From NCBI RefSeq assembly GCF_000016745.1, contig NC_009483.1, positions 2,160,001-2,192,000 of the forward strand: a DNA stretch of 32,000 nt, read 5' to 3'. Below, one piece after another: positions 25,657 to 32,000 of this stretch. How positions within the stretch are numbered: the first letter of the stretch is position 1; every line of letters begins with the position of its first letter. The DNA comes from Geotalea uraniireducens Rf4 (lineage in GTDB: Bacteria > Desulfobacterota > Desulfuromonadia > Geobacterales > Geobacteraceae). A model generated the notes under the pieces. It was not told the DNA's origin, ran no database searches, and saw nothing but the letters and a program-made list of their open reading frames with translations. The position numbers and the translations under genes were made by a program.

Positions 25657-28050
25657 GTGATAGAGAGACCGCTATTCATTCCCCTTGCTTCGATAATAGC
25701 GGGTCTCTCCATTGCCGGGTTTTATTCGTTTTTTTTGCCCGAAAACCTACTTCTGCCCCTGTTGGCCGTATCGTTCTTTACGATTTTCGTTCGGAATCGA
25801 CTCTCCTTCCTTATTGCCATTTCTCTGCTTTTTTTCTGCTGGGGTAACCTCGCGGTAAAGCCTTTAATTCAACCCCGTCTCGAAATCAACCACATTGCGA
25901 ACTTTGTCGGCGATAAAACGGTGACCATTGAAGGGGTTATCGACGGTCGTCCCGAGGCGACTGAACTGGGAAGCAGGCTTTATCTGCACGTTGAGCGCCT
26001 CTTTGCCGGGGAGAGGCATGCTGCTGTAACGGGCCGACTTTTGCTGCATGTCGGAGAAGCTCGGGTTACGTTTCTGACCGGCGACCGGGTAAGGTTCGTC
26101 ACGCATCTGCACAAACCGAGGAATTACGGTTTGCCCGGTGAATTCGACTATGCGCGATTCCTGGCATTCAAAGAGGTTTTTGTAACTGCTTTTGTGAAAG
26201 GGGCGGATGATGTGATTCTTATCCGGGAGGGGGTCGATAATCGGCCGCAAAGGCGTATCGACCATCTCGCCTCAGGGATGGGACGGTTTATCGGCAGTGC
26301 GATCCCGGGAGTGGAAGGTTCGATTCTTCGGGCGCTCCTCATCGGGGAGAGGGGTTACGTTCCGCGTAAGCTTGAAGATGACTATTCGCGGACCGGTGTC
26401 AATCATATCCTCTCGATTTCCGGATTCCATGTGGGCATCATCGCCCTGTTCGTTTTCCAGCTTCTGCTGGCGGCCGGCCGCAGCTCGGAATTTCTCACCC
26501 TTCATTTTAACCTGCGCAAATGCATTCTTGTCATCACCCTGCCCGTTATTGTCTTCTATCTCCTTCTTTCCGGAACCGCACCGGCAACTGCCCGCTCGGT
26601 GATAATGATCGCCGCATACGTTGTTGCCTTGATTCTCGAACGGGAGGTCGAGCCGGTTAGCAGTCTGCTTTTGGCCGCTATGGTTATTCTCGCACTCTCG
26701 CCCGCGGCGCTGTTCGATATTTCATTCCAGTTGTCGTTCCTTGCCCTATGGGGAATTCTGATCCTCACGCCGCTTTTCATGGTCCCTTTTACCGCGGTGT
26801 CCAATGCATTGCTGCGCAAGCTGCTGCTCTTCTTTATGGCCTCTTTTGCCGCAACCATTGCCACTCTCTTCCCCGTTGCGTATTATTTTCACAGGGTTTC
26901 CTTTACCGGCCTTATCAGCAATTTCGTCGTGGTGCCTCTCATGGGTTACGGCGCCGTGGTGCTCGGTTTCTCTGCTCTTCCACTCATCTCAGTAGCCCCT
27001 TTCCTTGCCCGCTTGCTGCTTGTGGCCGCAGCGTTTCTGGTAAAAATATCCAATGCCTTCATACAGTTTCTGGCCCGGATTCCTTCCCTGCCGCTCTTAA
27101 ACCCAACGCCCCTTGACCTGTTTCTTTTTTACCTGGTGCTAGTTGTTCTCACTTTCGTCTCGGGGAAGAGGACGCGGCTTGTCCTCTGCGGCTCGTTTCT
27201 GGCCGTATCTGTTGCTAACGCCCTGCTAGCTTCGGAACGGGAAAGCGGCGGGCTGAAGATGACATTCTTCAGTGTCGGCCAGGGAGAATCCACCCTGATA
27301 ACCTTTCCCGACGGCAAGCGGATGCTCGTTGACGGTGGCGGGTCGGCAAGGGAAGGTGCAAGCGACGTCGGTGAAAGACTCCTTGCCCCCGCCCTGTGGA
27401 GCATGGGCATCAGGCGCATCGACTACATGGTGCTGACCCACATCCATCCCGATCATCTCCAGGGATTGCTCTATATTGCCGATAACTTTGATGTGGGTGA
27501 GTTCTGGGAGAGCGGTGTTTATGCGGAGAGCGAGGACTACCGGACACTGAAACGCATATTGGTGGCCAAAAGAGTGCCGCTCCGGGAGGTCAATGCCTCC
27601 AATCCGGCTATTACCGTTGCCGGAGCCCGCATTGAATTCCTGTCGCCGGAATCCCCGGCACATGGCGGTGCAGATTGCAATCATGGGGATCCCAATGACG
27701 ACTCCCTTGCCTTTCGCCTCGTTTACAGGGAGGGGAGCGTCCTCTTCACCGGCGACATGGGCACAGAAGCCGAGCAACGCCTGATCTGCAATCCGCAGCG
27801 CCTGGGAGCGACGGTGCTTAAGGTTGCGCACCACGGCAGCAGATACTCCACGTCACAGTCGTTTCTTGATGCAGTGTCGCCGGAGATTGCCGTAATCTCT
27901 GCGGGCTACGGGAATAGTTTTCATCTTCCTGCTGCAGAAACCCTTTCAAAGCTGCGGGGAAAAGGGGTCCAAACCTGTAGAACCGATCTGGACGGCACTA
28001 TTCATCTGGCCTATGATGCAGCGGCCGAAAAATTTGCCGTTGTCAGGTAG
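25657..28050 (+). CDS. comEC: DNA internalization-related competence protein ComEC/Rec2 (three-domain form with a metallo-beta-lactamase domain)
   Basis: 797 aa and polytopic, with many hydrophobic helices. The competence-domain motif YSRTGVNHILSISGFHVG is present. The C-terminal MBL domain has FFSVGQGESTLI, LTHIHPDHLQG and KVAHHGS. The GTG start lies 12 nt after the upstream stop. Confidence 0.93.
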   Translation: MIERPLFIPLASIIAGLSIAGFYSFFLPENLLLPLLAVSFFTIFVRNRLSFLIAISLLFFCWGNLAVKPLIQPRLEINHIANFVGDKTVTIEGVIDGRPEATELGSRLYLHVERLFAGERHAAVTGRLLLHVGEARVTFLTGDRVRFVTHLHKPRNYGLPGEFDYARFLAFKEVFVTAFVKGADDVILIREGVDNRPQRRIDHLASGMGRFIGSAIPGVEGSILRALLIGERGYVPRKLEDDYSRTGVNHILSISGFHVGIIALFVFQLLLAAGRSSEFLTLHFNLRKCILVITLPVIVFYLLLSGTAPATARSVIMIAAYVVALILEREVEPVSSLLLAAMVILALSPAALFDISFQLSFLALWGILILTPLFMVPFTAVSNALLRKLLLFFMASFAATIATLFPVAYYFHRVSFTGLISNFVVVPLMGYGAVVLGFSALPLISVAPFLARLLLVAAAFLVKISNAFIQFLARIPSLPLLNPTPLDLFLFYLVLVVLTFVSGKRTRLVLCGSFLAVSVANALLASERESGGLKMTFFSVGQGESTLITFPDGKRMLVDGGGSAREGASDVGERLLAPALWSMGIRRIDYMVLTHIHPDHLQGLLYIADNFDVGEFWESGVYAESEDYRTLKRILVAKRVPLREVNASNPAITVAGARIEFLSPESPAHGGADCNHGDPNDDSLAFRLVYREGSVLFTGDMGTEAEQRLICNPQRLGATVLKVAHHGSRYSTSQSFLDAVSPEIAVISAGYGNSFHLPAAETLSKLRGKGVQTCRTDLDGTIHLAYDAAAEKFAVVR

Positions 28051-28166
28051 AACAGGAACGGGCATTTTAATTGACAGAATTCAGAATTATCTGTTAGTTT
28101 GAGGTTGTTAAACCTCCCGCTAAGCTTCCAAAACTCGTTAAATACACGATTCAGGAGATCCCCTTC

Positions 28167-29555
28167 ATGGAGAGGATTCTTGTAGTTGAAGATGATAGTT
28201 TTTTCAGGGAGGTATTTGCCGATCTCCTCATCGAAGACGGTTTCCATGTCGATGTGGCCGCTTCAGGTGAACAGGCCCTGGTAATGGTACAAAACCGTGA
28301 ATACCAGCTTGTGGTGACCGATCTTGTAATGCCGGATATCACCGGGCTTGACATTCTATCCAAGGTCAAGCAGCTCGATCCCACCATTGATGTCATTATG
28401 GTTACCGGCCATGCCAACATGGAAACGGCGATATTCGCCTTGAAAAACGGCGCCAGGGATTATCTGGTCAAGCCGATAAACCACGACGAATTCAAGCATG
28501 CAGTCGCCTTGTGTTTCGAGCAGCGACGGCTTCTCGACGAAAATCAGGAATTGAAGGGGCTGATAAATCTCTATCATGTAAGTCAGACCATAGCGAACTG
28601 TCTTGACCTTGAGCGTATTCATACGCTGCTCGTCGATTCGTTGGCCAAGGAATTCGCCGTAAGCCGGGGGCTTGGATACTTTCTGGACGGTGCCGACAAC
28701 CTGGAGTTGAAAGCGCTTAAAGGGGTAAGCGAGGCCAGTGCCGGACGGCTTGGGGAGTTGATCCTATCCAGATACAACGTGCAGGGGGAAGATTCCCGCA
28801 GTTTTGTTCTGCTCCATGACTTCATGCAGCCTGATGCGGATTTCGGCTTGGGGACTGACGGAGACATGAAAGAGGCGATGCTCTTTTTTGTCCGGTCCAG
28901 AACAGTTCTCCAGGGTATTGTGATTCTTTTCAGTGAACCGGGGACAAGTTTTCCGGCGGATATCCAGTTCAAGAATATTAATTTCCTGCTCGATCAGTCT
29001 TCCTTGGCGCTGGAAAATGCGGTTCGCTACAACAATGCCAAGAATCTCCTCTATATCGACGAACTTACCGGCCTTTTCAATTACCGCTATCTGGACGTTG
29101 CCCTTGAACGCGAGATCAGGAGGGCCGAGCGGTACGGCTCCCACATATCGGTTATCTTCCTCGATATCGACCTGTTCAAGCGGGTTAATGACATGTATGG
29201 ACACCTCGTCGGCAGCAGGGCGCTGAACGAAGTGGGGATACTGCTGAAAAAGTCGGTGCGCGACGTGGACACGGTTATTCGATACGGGGGAGATGAGTAC
29301 ACCATTATCCTCATCGAAACCGGGATCGATGGGGCTGCAGCCGTCGCAGAACGTATCCGCAGATCGATTGAAGCGCACGGTTTTATGGCGGCAGACGGCC
29401 TGAACCTCAAGCTGACCGCCAGCCTGGGATACGCCTGTTATCCTGAAGACGCAAAAACGAAGACGGAACTCCTGGAGCTGGCTGATCAGGCCATGTATCG
29501 CGGTAAGGCCGACGGCAAAAACAGGGTTTTTTATGTTTCCGCGAAAAATAACTAA
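28167..29555 (+). CDS. Response regulator REC-GAF-GGDEF; Hypr-type (GacA-like) GGDEF cyclase signature
   Basis: The REC domain has DD9-10, D52, T80 and K102. A GAF-like middle region spans roughly residues 130-290. The GGDEF domain has DIDLFKRVNDMYGHLVGSRAL, with Ser350 aligned to PleD D344. An RDVD I-site lies 5 residues before GGDEY (374-378). AGGAG lies upstream. Confidence 0.93.
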   Translation: MERILVVEDDSFFREVFADLLIEDGFHVDVAASGEQALVMVQNREYQLVVTDLVMPDITGLDILSKVKQLDPTIDVIMVTGHANMETAIFALKNGARDYLVKPINHDEFKHAVALCFEQRRLLDENQELKGLINLYHVSQTIANCLDLERIHTLLVDSLAKEFAVSRGLGYFLDGADNLELKALKGVSEASAGRLGELILSRYNVQGEDSRSFVLLHDFMQPDADFGLGTDGDMKEAMLFFVRSRTVLQGIVILFSEPGTSFPADIQFKNINFLLDQSSLALENAVRYNNAKNLLYIDELTGLFNYRYLDVALEREIRRAERYGSHISVIFLDIDLFKRVNDMYGHLVGSRALNEVGILLKKSVRDVDTVIRYGGDEYTIILIETGIDGAAAVAERIRRSIEAHGFMAADGLNLKLTASLGYACYPEDAKTKTELLELADQAMYRGKADGKNRVFYVSAKNN

Positions 29556-29588
29556 ATAATTTTCATCCGGACAAGGAGAACAACAAGC

Positions 29589-30836
29589 GTGGCGATCAGC
29601 GGCATCAAGGGTTTTAACGACATACTTCCCGGAGAAGTGGAAAAGTGGCAGCACATTGAGGCAACTGCCCGGCGGGTCTTTGAATTGTACGGATTTGCGG
29701 AGATCAGGGTGCCGATACTGGAGAAAACGGAATTGTTTTGCCGTTCTATCGGCGACTCCACCGATATCGTCGAAAAGGAGATGTATTCCTTCACCGATAA
29801 GGGGGAAAACAGCGTCACCATGCGCCCGGAAGGAACGGCCAGCGTTATGCGTGCCTTCATCGAGCATAAGCTTTATGTTGCCGATGCGGTTGCCAAGCTT
29901 TATTACATGGGCCCCATGTTCCGTTATGAGCGGCCGCAAAAAGGTCGTTACCGTCAGTTCCACCAGATAGGAGCCGAGGTTACCGGGGTGACTGATCCAA
30001 AGGTTGATGCCCAGGTTCTGACCATGCTCTGTCATTTTTTTGCCGAACTTGGCCTTGACGAGCCGTCATTGCAGATCAACTCTCTTGGTTGCCCGGACTG
30101 CAGGCCGCAGTATCGGCAGGTGCTGAAGGATTTCCTCCGTTCCAGGCTCGAGTACCTCTGCGACGACTGCAAAAGAAGGTTTGAAACCAACCCGCTCAGG
30201 GCGCTTGACTGTAAATCGACCGGTTGCAAGGAGGCCACTGTTGGAGCGCCATCGGTACTGGACCACCTCTGCGCCAGCTGCAACGACCATTTTACCAGAA
30301 CCAGGCAGCATCTTGAGGCGGTCGGCACCACCTACAGTATCAATGCGCGCATGGTCAGGGGGCTCGATTATTACACCCGCACCACCTTTGAACTTGTTAC
30401 CGGCCTTCTCGGCTCCCAGAGCGCAGTTGCCGCCGGAGGTCGTTACGACGGCCTGATATCCGATCTTGGCGGACCGCAACTTCCAGGCATCGGCTTTGCC
30501 ATGGGGGTGGAGAGGGTGGCGCTTCTCCTTGCTGAAAAGGATTTTCGCAAACGCCCCGACCTGTTCATTGCCGCCCTCGGTGAATCGGCTCAAAATATGG
30601 CATTCAGGCTGATGTGCGGGCTGCAGAAGGAAGGCGCTGCAGTGGAGATCGATTATGAAGGTAAAAGCCTGAAAAGCCAGATGCGCCGCGCTGACAAGTT
30701 CAACGCTCGTTTTACCCTGATTATCGGTGATGATGAACTGACAAAGGGGGCTGCGGGTCTGAAAAACATGGACGAGGGGAGCCAGTCGGACGTAGAACTG
30801 AACGTCGGTGTCATTGCGCAGCGGATAAAGGGGTAG
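29589..30836 (+). CDS. hisS: Histidine--tRNA ligase
   Basis: The MAISGIKGFNDILPGE N-terminus, class II motif 2 (FRYERPQKGRYRQFHQ) and GGRYD are present, along with the anticodon-binding C-terminus. The GTG start lies 10 nt after AAGGAG. Confidence 0.97.
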   Translation: MAISGIKGFNDILPGEVEKWQHIEATARRVFELYGFAEIRVPILEKTELFCRSIGDSTDIVEKEMYSFTDKGENSVTMRPEGTASVMRAFIEHKLYVADAVAKLYYMGPMFRYERPQKGRYRQFHQIGAEVTGVTDPKVDAQVLTMLCHFFAELGLDEPSLQINSLGCPDCRPQYRQVLKDFLRSRLEYLCDDCKRRFETNPLRALDCKSTGCKEATVGAPSVLDHLCASCNDHFTRTRQHLEAVGTTYSINARMVRGLDYYTRTTFELVTGLLGSQSAVAAGGRYDGLISDLGGPQLPGIGFAMGVERVALLLAEKDFRKRPDLFIAALGESAQNMAFRLMCGLQKEGAAVEIDYEGKSLKSQMRRADKFNARFTLIIGDDELTKGAAGLKNMDEGSQSDVELNVGVIAQRIKG

Positions 30837-30858
30837 CTTCCGGCAGTCACTTCACGAT

Positions 30859-30899
30859 AGCCGCCTGAACGGTATCTTACCGGCAGGCGGCTTTTATTT
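30859..30899 (+). terminator. Rho-independent terminator after hisS
   Basis: AGCCGCCTG (30859-30867) pairs perfectly with CAGGCGGCT (30884-30892), with an inner CGGTA/TACCG extension. The stem is followed by TTTTATTT. Confidence 0.75.
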
Positions 30900-30933
30900 A
30901 GTTGAACAGCATTTGTCTTTGGAGGGTGCGGTT

Positions 30934-31875
30934 TTGGCGAAAAAGAAAAAAGGCTCAAACAGGAGGAAAAGCTCCGGGAACAAGAGGCCGTTTGCGGCGT
31001 TGCTGATAACGGTCCTCCTCATTATCCTCGCCTTTTATCTGCTGGAAAAAACGAAGCGCGGCGCATCGGAAAAACCTGCGGAGAAGCCGCAGGTGAGCGA
31101 GCGGCTCAAGATGCCGTCGCATCCTGCTCCGCAAGCGGCAAAACATGCTGCATACTCAGCGGCAGTTGTTGCACCGGTTGCCCGGGTAAGGCCGAAGCCG
31201 CATCCAACCGGCTCCGGCACTGTTGCCATTATTGTCGATGACATGGGAAGCAGCATGCAGGAAGTCCGCTCGTTGATGGCAATCGACATTCCCGTCACAT
31301 TTTCCATAATTCCCGGTCTGGCCAAGTCAAAAGGTGTCGCAGAAGCGGCCCACGGCAACGGCGGGGAGGTCATGGTGCATATGCCGATGGAGCCGAAGGG
31401 GTATCCGAAGCAGCGCATGGAAAAGAACGGCCTGCTCCTGTCTGAAAGCGATGAGGAAATCGCGGCCAAGGTGAAAGCCTATCTGCAGGCGGTCCCCTAC
31501 GCCGTTGGGGCAAACAACCATATGGGATCACGTTTTACCGAGAATGAGGAAAAAATGCAGTCCGTTCTGAAGGTGCTGAAAGGGAGGGAGATGTTTTTTG
31601 TCGACAGCAAGACTTCGCCCGCTTCCGTCGGCTACAGCCTGGCACGGAAAATGGGATTGAAGGCGGGGACGCGGCAGGTGTTCCTCGACAATGTACAGAA
31701 TGTGGCAGCCATCAAGGCCCAACTCCAGCAGGTGGCTGATACGGCAAGAAAACGGGGGAGCGCCATTGCCATCTGTCACCCCCATCAGACTACCATCCAG
31801 GCGCTGTCATCCATGTTGCCGGCGTTGAAAAAGGACGGCATAACCTTCGTTTATGCCTCACAACTGGTCAGTTAA
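30934..31875 (+). CDS. Divergent polysaccharide deacetylase family protein (YibQ/DUF610-like), N-terminal membrane anchor
   Basis: The anchor is FAALLITVLLIILAFYLL. VAIIVDDMGSS, FSIIPG, VMVHMPMEP, GANNHMGSRFT and AICHPH are typical of the YibQ family. The TTG at 30934 lies 7 nt after GGAGGG. The ORF-track TTG at 30913 is an alternative start. Confidence 0.85.
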   Translation: MAKKKKGSNRRKSSGNKRPFAALLITVLLIILAFYLLEKTKRGASEKPAEKPQVSERLKMPSHPAPQAAKHAAYSAAVVAPVARVRPKPHPTGSGTVAIIVDDMGSSMQEVRSLMAIDIPVTFSIIPGLAKSKGVAEAAHGNGGEVMVHMPMEPKGYPKQRMEKNGLLLSESDEEIAAKVKAYLQAVPYAVGANNHMGSRFTENEEKMQSVLKVLKGREMFFVDSKTSPASVGYSLARKMGLKAGTRQVFLDNVQNVAAIKAQLQQVADTARKRGSAIAICHPHQTTIQALSSMLPALKKDGITFVYASQLVS

Positions 31876-32000
31876 ACGGTAGTATTAAAAACAAAAGTTC
31901 GCCGCTGAATTCCCGCCATTCTTAACGCAGGAAACCCTGTCCTGTCAGTTTATCTGCTCCGCAATACTTTTTCTCAGCTTTGTCAGTTCACGGTAGTTTT

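Noticed and set aside
28764-30035. 423-aa minus-strand ORF spanning the GGDEF gene and hisS
   Set aside because: It crosses an intergenic gap antisense to two well-supported genes and has no recognisable domains. The same reasoning applies to the minus-strand ORFs at 2514-3284, 14817-15608, 15433-16152, 16607-17296, 18678-19436 and 21975-22625.
31945-32000. Possible 3' end of a minus-strand gene running off the window (...NYRELTKLRKSIAEQIN*)
   Set aside because: Only 17 codons are visible and no motif is recognisable. It cannot be distinguished from a chance open frame.
1-32000. Search for CRISPR arrays, rRNA, tRNA and tandem repeats
   Set aside because: No regularly spaced direct repeats are visible by eye. 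No rRNA-like or cloverleaf sequences appear in the intergenic regions. All long intergenic gaps are accounted for above.

Overview
This window looks like core chromosome from a Geobacter-type (Desulfuromonadales) deltaproteobacterium. That assignment is an inference from gene content and order, not a database hit. Most of the window is housekeeping genes on the + strand. These are a large SEC-C/HEAT/TPR protein, carB, greA, a DUF1858 redox protein, recG, a divergent ltaE / minimalist putA pair, and a long yceD-rpmF-plsX-fabH-fabD-fabG-acpP-fabF-rpiB-glyA cluster. After these come comEC, a REC-GAF-GGDEF response regulator, hisS and a YibQ-type divergent polysaccharide deacetylase. Two regions are not ordinary. 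(1) Between DUF1858 and recG lies an AT-rich insert. It carries a vapBC toxin-antitoxin pair, a 219-bp MITE-like nested palindrome with 21-bp terminal inverted repeats and 9-bp flanking direct repeats, and a roughly 50-codon fossil of an integron-type tyrosine recombinase. RecG itself appears to carry an in-frame N-terminal AbrB/SpoVT-like domain. (2) Between glyA and comEC lies a poorly characterised cluster. A secreted triheme c-type cytochrome is co-transcribed with a small Fis-type HTH protein on the minus strand. A 369-bp AT-rich control region with repeated ATCAATA motifs separates it from a divergent secreted protein that has two CBM-like beta-sandwich modules and is tightly coupled to comEC. 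The GGDEF regulator next to hisS has Ser in place of the guanine-specifying Asp (PleD D344). This is the signature of Hypr GGDEF / GacA-type 3',3'-cGAMP synthases. I found no rRNA, tRNA or CRISPR array, and no convincing riboswitch.
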